Source: the human T2T-CHM13v2.0 reference genome, Homo sapiens. From it: DNA of 64,000 nt. Positions 34,393 through 49,120 of the stretch are shown one piece after another. Position 1 is the stretch's first letter, and each line of letters starts with the position of its first letter. The DNA is taken from NCBI RefSeq assembly GCF_009914755.1, contig NC_060927.1. The stretch is one strand, 5' to 3'. The translations under genes were made by a program, and so were the position numbers. Below the pieces are notes generated by a model. That model was given only the letters and a program-made list of their open reading frames with translations, did not search any database and had not been told where the DNA came from.

Positions 34393-37300
34393 CAATGCAC
34401 CAACAAATATATAAGGTTTATCCTCCCTGACGTTGATCATACAAGTTTAACATATACGATTGTTTCAGAGAACACCTCCTATTTCAAGATGAGGGATAAA
34501 ACACAGTCACAAAGCAGCCTTCATGCAATGCTGGACAGGCCTTCATCCATTGCTCCAAAATGAAGACCCTGCTAAATGATGTGCAGGGAGAGTTGTCAGC
34601 ATGCAGCTGGCCCTCTGGGATTGCCCATTAGTCGTTATTCCCCATAACTCTACTTCCCAGACATCAGAGCACTGCTGGTTATACATGTGAAGTCAGTTCT
34701 TTTCCAAAATCAATAAGAAACTTTTGACCAGGGTATCCACATTGACTCAGAGAAAAGAATAAGGATGCTAACCAAAGCTAGAAAATAAAAATCTCTGAAT
34801 GGGTGCTTTCATTCGTCTGTTGGCAAGAAACACATTTAAGGAAACCAGGTTGGTTCTCAATTCCCTTTTTAATAAATTAAAAATAGCTTCTTCTGATACT
34901 TAGACACGAGGGTCCCAAATGGCCCGGATAATCCATTAGCTCAGATGGAGAAAGCATATTTCTCCATCAATAAGTTAGACTCATCTTGCCATGACCTCCA
35001 AACTTGTAACTAACTCATAACTACACTGGAAAGAGTGTTGTGTTTAAGCCCAGTCCTGCTAAATTCACAATTTGAATCCCCCTGAACCTCTGCAATTGGT
35101 ATTTTTCCTCATGGGGTATTTCTATAGAAACCCATCCCCAAGACTAGCTATTAATTGGAGAAGGTTTATTTATCCTATAGGTTTGATAATCAGTCATCAG
35201 ATTTCAGCACTTGTTTTGTGGGATTCCATTTCATCACTTGCTACAGTATATATTATTATTCATTATATAAATTTGTTAACGGTGTATTTATTTGAGTGAG
35301 TCTCCCTCTAAATAAAGGGGCCTTATAAAGTTTTTTTTTCAAATAAAAGGTTTATTTTTACATCAGCTATTTGCTTTCCTATGCTAAACCTCCGTTGAAG
35401 GCTCTGAGCTGCATGCAAACCAAATTCCTGCCTTTCAGGCCAGGATGGGGCTATTGGAAGGGTGATAAAAGCAGCTGCATGGGCCCTTCAGCAGATTTGG
35501 TTTTTTTCAGCCCTGTCAGTCACTTTCTCTTTGAGAAGGGAACAAGACGGCTGGTAGAGATTAGGAATGGTAATGTAAAGGTTTCTACCTACTGCATACA
35601 ATTCTTTCAAATTAATGCAAGCATTAAATTGTGAATGATTTTTCACATAAAGCAGATATTAAACTGTGCATGCCCGCTGGTGTTGATATAAAGTTTTGTC
35701 AACATTTTTGGCACATGGGGTCTGAGCCTGCGGGTCAAAAAGTGTTTTTAACCAAATTTTGTTGTTTCAGATGCTTTTTTTACACTTGTGTGTTATAACT
35801 CAAACGTGGATTCTTTTCCCAAAAATGAAATTTGGCAGGCCATTAGTCCATAATGTGGTCTAGTGCCTTTGGGTATTTTTTTTAAACATGTAAATGGCCA
35901 AGATATCTAGGTTTTTGAGGTTGAAAAACTGTGCATGCACTTTTAACAACTTCTTTTTCGTCTGTATTTAGTATGCATATTTACTGCACACATATAGTAT
36001 GCGGCATGCCGATTAGACTCAAGATTAGTTGGGAAAATATACAAACGCCTGTTCACAGGGAGGACTTCTTCGAGGAGTCTGAGCTGATATGTCTCCTTGT
36101 TTTTACTAGGGACTAAGGGCTGAGGGATCAGTGAGTGCAGAGGTGCCAGCCCATTTCCACTCCTCCTTAGCGCCAGAAAACCCTGACTGTGACAGCCATC
36201 CCTGAGCCTGCTGGCCAGCTCCCTAGCGGGACAACATTGAAAGGGAAAGGGTGAGCATCCAGGTCTCTAGTCTCTGTCTCAGTACCGTAACTTGTACCGA
36301 TGCCCTGTGAACACTAATCCTCGGCTGTTCCCTACACTGAAGGACCCACAGACAGAATCTGTAGCAAATACGTTGAGCATAAAGAAAACACATTAGAGCT
36401 GAATCCACCGTTCAGATCATTGAAAACTAGCAGTTATTACCTCATTTGAAAGTAATTTTTAACAATTAGCTTAGGAAAGTATTTTATAATTTTTTGCTAG
36501 CCTTACACAAACTAGAAATTTCTCATATAATCAATTAAATCTGGCAGCATAGCATCAGGCACTCATTAGGCTGGGCTGCTTGAAATTCATGTACAATTTC
36601 TTCCTTATGGTGATCTGCAGGAGTTTTTAAACTTGCACTGGGATGCTGGCAACATCCCCCAAACATCTCAGACACATTGTCTCTCTGAACCTGAACTTCT
36701 TAAATGGTGGTTAAACATGTTGTCTGCTTTAGTTTCCTGTCTATCTTCATCATGAGCCAGCACCTGTTTCCAATAAATTATACGCAGAACTGTATCAGCA
36801 ACACCTTGGCAACAGCTGCCACCCTTAAAAGCAGAGTGCCCTTGAGGACAATACACCTGTGAACACACAGAGTGTTTATTTAGCTGAAAGCCAAAACTCT
36901 AAGTTACATAAAGCAATTATCTAAAGCCTAATGTATGCCCATTATTAACACAAAATAACCCTGTTCTTAAAAACCAATAAAAATCTATTTAAAGGATTTT
37001 TCCAAATCCCACTGAAATTTGTAAGCAACTAGAGACCTAGTTTTAACCTGGGACTTAAAATTCTAATGGTGGGCAAGGCAGAGGTTTGTGTGTGTTATAA
37101 GATGCTTAGCTCATGCTTGGAATTTGGGGCATGGGCATGCATGGGTGGCATAGCCAAAGCTTCAGACTATCGAGCAAGGACATGTCTATTTAAAATAATC
37201 CTTGTTACAAGCCACTTAAAAACATTTTTGACTATGGTCTAGAGGTTAAACAAAAGAAATGGATTGTTTCATTTTGTATTTCAGTAGGGGACTAGTTCAT

Positions 37301-38169
37301 CTTAGATGGCTTTCTTTATTTGTACAATCCACCTTAAACATACAGTTCAGTACCTAATAGTATTACCTTTGGGTAATGGGGTTAGCACTACACTAAATGA
37401 AAATGGAACCAGCGTCAGGTAAAGACCTTCAGACTTCCATCCTGCCATGTGAAATATATGAACAATGCAAATACCAGCCCAACACAGTATCTACAGCACA
37501 CAGTTCAGTTTCTAGAGTGTTTAACTGTGGCCCTTTCGAGAAATGGGACCACAAAGTGTATATTGTTGAGCAATAAATACGAACAGCGTATAGCTCTTGT
37601 CTCTCCCACCTTGAAGCCTCACGAAATCTGAATGATTTTTTTGCTTAGAGTCTATAATACGTTAATCCCTGTCTGATACTTCCTGTTGATGTTTAACTGA
37701 TGGACCTATAGTCACTGAGGTGCAAATGTGTTTTAGCACTTCTGTTTGGCTGAATGCAAATGCTGTGGAAGTAACTGCTAATGAGTATTACAGCTTCCAG
37801 CTTGGACCATGTCACTGTCGGTTCACATATAGTACACATGAATAAGCAGATGCCTGAAGCCTTAGAATTGGACTCCACAGAAGAAAGTTTCCAAACAGCA
37901 GGTCTGTGTCTTATGACAAAGACCATCACATGCCAGGCTTTCCCAAAACTGGCCATATGGGTGACAATGGGTGAGGCCTCATAGGTTGGGGAGAGGCCTC
38001 AGAATGTGACACACCGTGGCCATAACTGGTTTATTCTCCTCTTTGCAACTTGTTGGTGCTTTAATTTATTTCCTAGCTATTTTCTTAGCTCCCATTCCAG
38101 ACTAAAAGCTAGGGATGCCGAGATGAATTAGACGAATGACTGTTTCTTCTTGCTGGATTCCAAAGACCT

Positions 38170-38365
38170 CTTGCATGTGTCTGAAGCATCGGTGAGGTGA
38201 GATCGAGGTCCTAAGAGTGACCTGTCACCACTGGTATAGTTAATCCGGAGCAAGTCACCCTCCCTCTTTCCGGCAGTTTTTTTTTTCCCCCTTGTAAAAC
38301 ATAGAGATCGATTCCTGTGGCATCTACATCACAGAATTGACGTGAAACTCAAATAAACAAATGCA
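38170..38365 (+). mobile_element. Old MIR remnant
   Basis: gagcaagtcaccctccctct...cagttttt...tgtaaaa...ctacatcacagaattgacgtgaaactcaaat. Confidence 0.6.
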
Positions 38366-39255
38366 AATATATCCTGCCCATTTCAAACTCTGAGTCCTTT
38401 TGGGAGCCCTTCACTTATTGAGCTGTAATAGCACTATGGTTCTTTCTTTAGGTGAATTCGCTTGTTGTAAGTTTGAAGACTCAACATGAAACTCACAAAA
38501 CGCAGCCACAGCAGTGGTTTCATTATCAAAACTCCAGCAAGCATTCCAGCCAGACTAATTCCCCGCTGGATTCACTTAATGTGTAAGAAGATCTTTTAGC
38601 CAGACTTCGCTGGGGAAGAAAAAAAATATGTATATATATATCTGAAGAAAGTTAGGAAAAATGTGTTTTTCTTTTCTAACCAGTACTGTATTATGCAAAT
38701 TCGAGGCTCTCTTTATACAGATTTAAGACTTCCTTCTTTGATTTATTTTCTTGATTAGAGATCCTCACAAACGATTACATGTAAACGTGAGAGGCACCCA
38801 GTTTGGATTCCAGACCAGAAGAAATCCAGGAATGGATTTAAAAAGGAAAGCTGGTTCCCATCTCCCTGGAGAATTTATCTTTATTAAAGGTCAGCAAATT
38901 TAGAGCTGCTTTGGTAATTTACCACGTGTATGGGAAATAAGTTGTGAGTACAAGTTTGCACAGAAGATAAGATTTGCTATGTTTTAGATAAACTGGTTTT
39001 TGATTATTGAAAGGGTAATTCTAAAAACATTTTAAAATCCTATTGGTTTCTCTGCCTGCTTGTCAGATTTCCCATTGGTGATGAAATCCTGCCAAGTGTA
39101 GATTTAGTGTTGGTCATGAAATGAGACCTGGCTTGCGGTTATTTGATAATAACTGTGATAATAAATTCATCCATTAATTTCTTTCCTGTTTCTCTACATG
39201 AGTAACATTAAACTAAGATGTTATGCTATTGGACGGAGAGAATCATTTTATTCAT

Positions 39256-39257
<2 letters not shown>

Positions 39258-39289
<32 letters not shown>
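39258..39289. repeat. (GT)16 microsatellite
   Basis: Perfect repeat, read directly. Confidence 0.98.
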
Positions 39290-39290
<1 letters not shown>

Positions 39291-40546
39291 CACTCACATC
39301 CTCTTTGGAAACTTTATTAGGTTGATAACTCCCAAAGACTACATCTATTCTTCCTATATAGTATGTGGAGGATAATGCTAAGGTTTGAAATGAGATGCCT
39401 GATCTCAGATCAACAAGGGTTATTAGAGACAGTGACAGGTTCTGTGACCATGGACAAATACATTAAAACTGGATTAATAATGAACATAATAAACACAGTA
39501 GCTTGTAAATGAATGATGAGGCAAAACTTGCTCTCATCTTCAAACTGTCCCACAGATTAATGAAGCTGGGACCATAGAGTAAACAATCGCTAGCTTTGTT
39601 GTTATTGTTGTCTGTATGGTTTCTGTTTCTTTTCCTTTTTTTTTGTTTAGGTTATATTCATGTTTAAGAAGAAAAAAATAGATCTTTATAAAATACTTTG
39701 TTACTTTTGGCCTGAGAGAATTTATGCACCTTCTGAGGCATATCTAGATGGGCCATGTTCTTCTTCATGAATGGCTGAGAGGCTCACATGTGACACTTTA
39801 TCAGATTTAATGCAGATTTATCAGCATTTTAATGCTTCAGATTTATTATGTCCCACACGTAGCAATGAGACGAGCCTGGCCTTTCTGCTTGCATGTCTTG
39901 AAACAGGTCAATGAATCAACGATGATTTGTTTCCTCCTCCTTTCTCCTTCTCTTTACCTTGAAAGGATGGAGAGGATCAAGAAGAACAGGAGTGATTTTT
40001 AACTGTGATCCTTTTGTGTGAGGGTGATTTATTGAAACACTCCAAGCTTGAGGTTCTCAATGCCTTTTTGCCCTACACAAAGCAACGAGGGCAAACAACA
40101 GAATGATCTTGGTGTGTAAAACTGTGCTTGTTTATGTGGGATTTGGTTTAAACTTGTTTTGAACTACTGGTTCATTGTTTAAAAATGCACACCTGCACAG
40201 AACCAGTTGTGGTTGAAAAGTTTATTAGCAAAGAATGTTGGTCAGTTCCTGGAAATCCTATATCAAGAAGTGTCATGGTTTTTGTTAAGAATATGATTCC
40301 CCTTTAGTTACCAAAACCAGTCCGACATCCACCTGCAGCAAGGAGGTTTGGAGGAGAAAGAACTCAAGATGGGAAGAGTCCAGGAAAATACCCAGGAACA
40401 CAGGGAAGCAAGGTCAGGCCCAGGCCTGTACTCTGAGCTTAGTATCAGTGTAGGGTTAGGGCATGAGAAGGCTCTAAATGTTCTCCCCAGGAATGAGAGC
40501 TGATGTCTCAGGTACAAGGAGATAATGAAGGTGGGAGATGGTTTTA

Positions 40547-42001
<1,455 letters not shown>

Positions 42002-42027
42002 ATGAACAATTGTTTAAAGGGCATTTT

Positions 42028-42657
42028 TTAAAAGTTTTATGTTCAGGGGTACACGTGCAGGTTTGTTACATAGGTAAACATGTGTCATAGGGGTTTGTTG
42101 TACAGTTTATTTCATCACCCACATATTGAGCCTGGTACCCATTAGTTATTTTTCTTGATCCTTTCCCTCCTCCCACCCTCTGCTCTCCAACAGGCCCCAA
42201 TGTGTGTTTTTCTCCTCTATGTGTCAGTGTGTTCTCATCATTTAGTTCTCACTTATAAGTGAGAACACATGGTATTTGTTTTTCTGTTCCTGCATTAGTT
42301 TGCTAAGGATAATGGCCTCCAGCTCCATCCATGTCCCTGCAAAGGACATGATCTCATTTCTTTGTATGGCTGCATAGTATTTCATGGTGTGTATCTACCA
42401 CATTTTCTTTATCCAGTCTATCATTGATGGGCATTTAGGTTGATTCTATGTCCTTGCTGTCATGAATAGTGCTGCAATGAACATACACATGCATGTCTCT
42501 TTATGATAGAATGATGTATATTCCTTTGGGTATATACACAGTAATGAGATTGCTGGGTCAAATGGTATTTCTGTCTTTAGGTCTTTGAGGAGTCACCACA
42601 CTGTCTTCCACAAAGGTTGAACTAATTTAGACTCTCGCCAATAGTGTATAAGCCTTC
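42028..42657 (-). mobile_element. L1PA (older, ~L1PA10-13) 3' fragment
   Basis: L1PA 3'UTR antisense. Perfect TSD TAAAGGGCATTTT at 42015-42027 and 42658-42670. Confidence 0.92.
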
Positions 42658-43289
42658 TAAAGGGCATTTTGGTTCCGCAAAAAGCAACCGAGCCCTGCAT
42701 CGGATGTGGGATGTTTAGAGACCGCATGGGGCCAAAGGCTCTGCATAACAATATCAAACTTTCTTCGGAGATGGAGTTATAGGAACAGATTATGCTTTCT
42801 TTTAGAAGATGATTTTGGCGTGATTTTGTTTGACATGGGTTTTAGCAGAGTAGGGGTTCAGGGTAGAGGTGCCTCCCAATAGCTGAGATGCACTGGCTCC
42901 TTCAACATGGTGACTTGCAGGAAGTCAGTGATGGGGGACCGTGGGAAGTCTGTGGATGGGTTCTGCCGTGTGCACTTTAATCCCCTTCTGTTTTCCAAAG
43001 GCTTTAGTAATCTCTTGTTAAATCACGTGGTCTGGACTTAGCTGTGTGTCAGGGAATGAGAGATGGGCCTGGCTTCATATTTGGGGGAATAGTAGGTGGG
43101 ACAAGAAAAGTAATCTGGGCAAAGTTGGCTGCCACATGAAAAAGGAAAGTAGAGATTCTGGGAGAAATGTGTCTCTCAAGAGGAACCTGGAAAAAGGTGA
43201 GAATCCATAAGGTTAAATAAGATCCTCATAATTTCAGTGTGGAAGGGAAAAAGGATGCCTGATGCCGGGTTTATGAGGCAGGAGAGAGG

Positions 43290-43545
43290 CAGGTGGTTGT
43301 TATAGGCACAGACTAGAGGCAGATTTCCTGGTCCCCATCCTGACATCACTGCTTCCTACCCGTGTGGCTGTGGGCAAGTCACCTAACCTCTCTACTCCAG
43401 TTTCTGCATCTGTTAAAATGGAGATCATGTAAGTACCTACCTCAAGAGGTTTAAATAAGGCTTAAATTAGATAATGTATGTTAAGTAGGCAAAGCATTTG
43501 GCATAGTATCCAGAATGTCAGAAATGCTCAATAACTTTTATTATT
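43290..43545 (+). mobile_element. MIR, near full length
   Basis: gggcaagtcacctaacctctct...cagtttctgcatctgttaaaatgg...gtacctacctca...aatgctcaataa. Confidence 0.85.
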
Positions 43546-45249
43546 TTATAATAGAAGTTAATAGAATTTAAATCTTTACCACTGCAACAGAAATAGGCAT
43601 GACTGTGGGACTTCAGAAGGGAGTTAGGAAGAAGACAAGGGTCTCCTACCCTGCACACAATGCCTGACATATAGTAGATACTCAATAAATTTTTCCCAGG
43701 TCATAAATCATGCAGAACAGCTCTTTAACATAGTGAGCTGGGACTCAGCTTCACTTACCAAGCCATTTTCCAACCATTTTCTGAAATACCCAGTAGAAAT
43801 AGTTTGATTATCTCTCTAGGTCTGTTAGGCCAAGATATATAAATAGACATTCTAGAATACAAGATATAATCAGATCGATTCTAGATTGTCACTACACACC
43901 CCTCTTAATTTGTATCCTGACCTGTACCCTTGCCTAGAACCCCTACAGATACTGCTCTGGTTTGGCCTGTTTATGTCAGAGGGCACCCCATTAGCACAGA
44001 AGGATCTGTAATAGTCATAAATGAAAGTATCACATGCAGCTAGGGTAGCTGGCTTCCTTGCCAGACCCCATGTGAACATTCTGGGGTGATAAGGTCAAGG
44101 GAAAAATATAGAGATATAAGCAATAAACAGAGGCAAGATGCCACCATGTTCTCCATGCCATCCCCTGCCAGTGGCATGGGACAGGAACCAGAGGTAAAGC
44201 AAGGGCTACTCTTTAGAAGACCATGAAGATAAATTTGCACACCATCCAATACCATAAAGAAGGGAAGGGAAGAGGGAGGAAGCAAACTTACCTTTACAAA
44301 GCCAGGCTATCACTGAAACATTTTTATGCACCTGTTGTATGTCCTACACACTCAATTGTCAGGAAGGTATTATTGTCCTACTCCAAACGCATGAATAAAT
44401 GGAGACTGCACACGCAGCCCAAGTCAGACAAGCACTGGGTTCAATTCATGTCTACCTGTTCCCAAAGCCAGGGCTCTCTCATTGCTCTGTGCTGCTGTCA
44501 CAGAAAGTTGAGTCATACAGACACCCTCATCTGGGCAGTCAATCTTTCTCCCACACTTTTCTCCCCACTCATCTATGACCCTACCTCTCACTGTCTCATA
44601 CTTATAAGGCACACGTAGTCACATGACCTTATACTTTTGGCTGATTGTTATCAACCAAGTTTTTAACACTTTTTATGCCATAAACTCTTTGAAGGCGAGG
44701 ACCATTCCTTACTGAGAGATGTGTCCCCTTGAGAGTCTGTCATAGTACTTTCAAAATAGCAGGTGCTTAATAGGTAATTGTTATCTGAGTAGTGATACAT
44801 TCAAATAAGCAATAATTATTGAGCTAATTGTCATTTTATGCCATGAGATTTCATAAAACTGGATTGGATAATGAGACAGATAAAGGAATTATGGAACAGA
44901 AGCTATTCTCCCTTACCATGGGCCCCTATTCTGCATCTAAAATATATGAAACTTTGTCAGGGTAAAAGAGGAACAATCCTAAACCCCTCTGGGGAAGAAG
45001 GAGGGTGCCAGAACATGCAAAGTGGAATGTTCATTCTAAAGGGACTTGTCCAGGCCCTATTCTTTGGGAGAGGGTTGGGTGTGGGTCTTAGTTGACCTAT
45101 GGGGAATATCTGGATTTTCACATGTATATTTGGTTCTAGTAAGGATCATTGTAGATCCCAATTAGAGTTATTGTGTGAAATTAAGTTGTATCTCTGAACC
45201 ATACGTGTTAATTATATTATCTCCAAATGTAGAGCTTTGACAGTTAAGG

Positions 45250-45450
45250 AAAAGGAGTTAGTATATTTTAAGTATCTCTTGTTTGCTAGACACCAGGCTA
45301 GATATATCTCATTTAATCCATCAATAGCACTGGGAAGTAGATGTTATTTCCATTTTACATAGGAAAAAATTGAAGTTTGGAGAGGTTCTTGCTGCTAGGG
45401 AGTGAGTGGTAGAGCTAGGATTATGAACTGGCTCCTTCCTGGAAGAGTGA
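45250..45450 (-). mobile_element. MIR
   Basis: tctcatttaatcc...tttccattttacataggaaaaaattgaag. Confidence 0.7.
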
Positions 45451-46008
45451 GTCAGAGATTGGCTGGATGGTGGTGAGGTGTTAAAAATAAAGTTGTGATC
45501 ATTATGAAGAGCAAATGTGAAACAGGAATGTGGATAAATTGTGATTAAGCACTGAAAACAATTAGCCAATGATGGTGGGGCTTTTGTCCATATTGGAAGC
45601 ATGTAGTTCATATATAAAATTTGAAAATACACATATACTATGATGCAGCAATTCTATTTTACATCTCAGTATTTACTGCAAAGTATTTATGGTGCAGAAA
45701 GACTTACAAATGAGCATAAGACAGTATACTCAAGGATTTTTGTGGTAGCATTTCTGCAAGAGTGAAAAACAAATCAACCAACTAAGCTAAGTCAACCAAC
45801 CAAATAAAAATCCTTAAAGGTCTATTGATAAGAAAAATGAGAAGACAAAATTTTCAAGGAAATAACAAGAAAAATCTCTTAGTTCAGTAGGTCATGAGTT
45901 TTCAGATTGAAGGAGGCGTCAAGCTTCCAGCAAAATGAATACAAAATTACCCAAAACTAGGTGTATTATCATAAAAAGTTTCAGAATACCACTACATTAA
46001 ACAAAACA

Positions 46009-46042
46009 ACACACACACACAGAAACACACACACACACACAC
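46009..46042. repeat. Interrupted (AC)n
   Basis: Read directly from the sequence. Confidence 0.9.
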
Positions 46043-46314
46043 CCCTTCCCAAAAGCCCGTGGAGAGACAAATGAGTCTTTTATAAAGGATCAGGGTTCAA
46101 AATGGCATTGGTCTTCCAAAAGCAGCACTGGGAGATTACACAACAATTTAGCATTGCTGACAAGCGTGACCACGTTGAGATAAGGTAAACAGTTCTCTTG
46201 GAAAGTTTGGGAACAAATTATTGCTTGGTAGATGGAAGTCTAAAGATAGGAAAATGTGAGGCAATTATCAATTCCAAGAAAACCAAAAAGTTGTATAGAA
46301 AAAGTCATATAATT

Positions 46315-46630
46315 GACCAGGCATGGTGGCTCACATCTATAATCCCAGCACTTTGGGAAGCCCAGGCAGGCCATCATCTGACGTCAGGAGTTCAAGACCA
46401 GCCTGGCCAACATGGCGAAACCCCCTCTCTACTAAAAATACAAAAATTAGCCAGGCATGATGGTGCACACCTGTAATCCCAGCTACTCAGGAGGCTGAGG
46501 CAGGAGAATCAGTTGAACCTGGGAGGTGGAATTTACAGTGAGCCAAGAACATGCTGCTGCACTCCACACTCCAGTCTGGGTGACAGAGTGAGACTCTGTC
46601 TCAAACAAAAAAAAAAAAGAAAGAAAAAGA
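46315..46630 (+). mobile_element. AluS
   Basis: Dimeric Alu. Degenerate TSD agaaaaagtcatata / agaaaacgttatata. Confidence 0.93.
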
Positions 46631-48254
46631 AAACGTTATATATTCATAGTTCTATAAATGTCATGAATGAACAGCACTTACAATTATAATTTTAAAAATA
46701 TTTAACCATACATTATTACTTTACTATATTGGTACACTGGAGAGAGGAAAATATTCACGTATAGAATGGGGTGAAGGTGGAAAGTGAACTAATTCTTTTT
46801 CTATTATAGAAAGTCAATCAATAACATCTAAAACTAAAAAAATCAAGCAATAGCAGTATATGTATATTATGTAGAACACCAGAAGAAATCATCTTTGTGG
46901 GAGGGGGATGCAGGGGTGAGGCGGGGAGCTGCAGAGAACTGCTGCTTTTATCTGAAACCCTTATCTGAAAGCCTTGCTGCTATTTGCCTTTTTAAACTAT
47001 GTATGTCTATTACTTTGATTTAAAAAAAATTAAACTAAAATGAAAATCTATTCCATGTTTATTAGAAACATTTGGAAAATAAAGTATAAAGATGAAAATA
47101 AAAATCATTCATTATCTACCACCAAGACATAGCCACTCTTAGTACTCATGCATATGATCTTCTAGTCTTATTTTCTTTCTAGCTAAACACACTTTGATGA
47201 GCTCACAGCATTTAAGTTTTGTAGGCTCCTTTTACTATTTGTCATTATTAACACATTAACACATTCCTATACATTAAAACACGTTTTGTAGATACCAGTT
47301 TTGATGGCTTTATGATATTCCAGTTTTGTGGTTGTGTGATTATTTAATGATTAATTTCTTTGTTGGACAGGTGCATTGCTTCAATCATTCAACATCATAA
47401 ACAATGTTGTGATACATATCTTTATACATAAATTGTTGCTATTTTTGTAATTATTTCCTTATGATATATCCCCAGAAGTTTATAAGCATTCTTAAATTAG
47501 TATTTTATTAAAGGACAAAATATGCTATCTTAGCAGAAAGAAGAAAGAAATATCCAAAGAGCTAATTAATTAAATTAACTCAGATTTCAATAATGGAAAG
47601 CATAGAAAAACATATCCAGGGACTAATAGGGCTTACTTTTTAGTGCAGGTTTTAGAAATATTGTTAAAGTACTTTTATGGTAATCTGGAAATAAATGTGC
47701 AGATTTTTAAAGGTAAAAAACTTACAGCTCATTGACCGCAATGTTTACCTCTGCAGAAGGCCTAGGACTAGAGATGGTCATCAAGAGAGCTTTGACTTTA
47801 TCTAGAATATTTGAACGCTTTACAAAGAGAATGAATTGAATTGCTATGTTATGTAATTTAAAATATTTATTTCTTTATATAGATCTCTCTTTTAAATGAA
47901 TAAACTTTATTCCCTCTAGCCTCTAAGCATGGAAATAACTACTCATATCCTAAGGTGATTTACATAGTTGACAAAAGACTTTCAACTACCTTATTATTTG
48001 TCAAAGAATCCCTGTAAGTCAGGCATTATTATCTTTTAATCTGTAATGCAGATATACACCTTAGACAGTATGGTTAAATTCTGAAACTTCCTTCTGCTGT
48101 AGAGCCTGATATTCAAGAAAATGGCCAAACCTTTCTTTCTAAACACCTCCCCTCTTCTGTTACCATACAGCTTATGTCTCTCTCCCTTTTTTTGAGTAAA
48201 AACCTACCTTCTCCACAGGGCTGTCCCTGAAGACACAACTCAAACGGATCTCCA

Positions 48255-48680
48255 CTCACTCCCTCCCTCACTCATGTCTTTTTGGAGTGCTTATTATGTT
48301 TCAGACCCCATGCTAAGAGATGAAAATAACTGCATGTTCAAGGCAGACAAAATCCCTGCTTTCCTTTGTGTGGCATGTATTCTCTTTAGGGAAGCAGAAA
48401 ACAAAAGTTAGAAATACAAACAAAATGAAAATTAGTGCAATGAAGAATATAAGCTAGAGTGATGTGTTAGAAACTGATGATTTGGGGGGAAAATGACTTT
48501 AGATAACATGGTTAGAGCAGGCTTTCTAAGGAAGGGTCATTTGACAAGAGACCGAAGGATGAGAAAGAGCCAGGCATGAGGACAGATGTGGGCATAGGTG
48601 GTGGAATACAGAAGTAGGGAGCATGAAGACTAGCATGCAGAGAGGAGCTCATGGGTTCAAGTGACCAGAAAAAAAAGTAG
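48255..48680 (-). mobile_element. L2 3' end
   Basis: cactcactc...gagtgcttattatgtttcagac...aggcagacaaaatccctgc...gaaggatgagaaagagccaggcatg. Confidence 0.75.
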
Positions 48681-48789
48681 TGACAATAATTGTACATAAA
48701 TCAGATAGAAATTGATCATACCATGACCTGTTAAATATTTGTGTTTGCAATTTCACATGTAATAATTTTAACATCAGAGGCAGGCAAGA

Positions 48790-49120
48790 ATGTTTATTAA
48801 GTACCTACTCAGGGCTGCCCAACTGACAACCCCTGGGGATACCACTTGCCTTGTACTGATGTGAGTGAGGGTCCCTGCAGCTTTGTCATGTGGCAGTATT
48901 GCTGAACATTCTGCTAAACAGTTGACATGGATCATCTCATGGAATCCTTATAGCAACCCAGGGTGTAGATATTATAACTGTACCCACTTTAAAGAGAAAC
49001 TGAGACTAGGTGAGCTTAGGTAACTTTCCCAAGGTTATATAACAGGTTATGCAGCAGGCAAGCAGTAAAAAACATTTTTAACATAGGTGGTCTGACTCCA
49101 GAGCTATTCTGCTTTGTGGT
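48790..49120 (-). mobile_element. MIR interrupted by a short palindromic MER91-like hAT remnant (~48809-48901)
   Basis: tttattaagtacctact|cagggctgcc...ggcagtattg|...cccactttaaagagaaactgagact. Confidence 0.55.

Larger units (their letters stand above)
45830..47045 (+). mobile_element. HAL1-like (L1 ORF1-only) remnant, split by an Alu and a (CA)n
   Basis: ORF1-like catgagttttcagattgaa...tataaaggatcagggttcaaaatggcattgg; HAL1-like 3' end ctatttgccttttaaactatgtatg...actttgatttaaaaa. Confidence 0.6.

Noticed and set aside
35750-38700. Splice-acceptor-like sites (ttttgttgtttcag ~35770, tttctttcttag ~38451, ttttctaaccag ~38683) as host exons
   Set aside because: I could not pair them with convincing donors and open frames. 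Non-coding exons cannot be excluded without RNA data.
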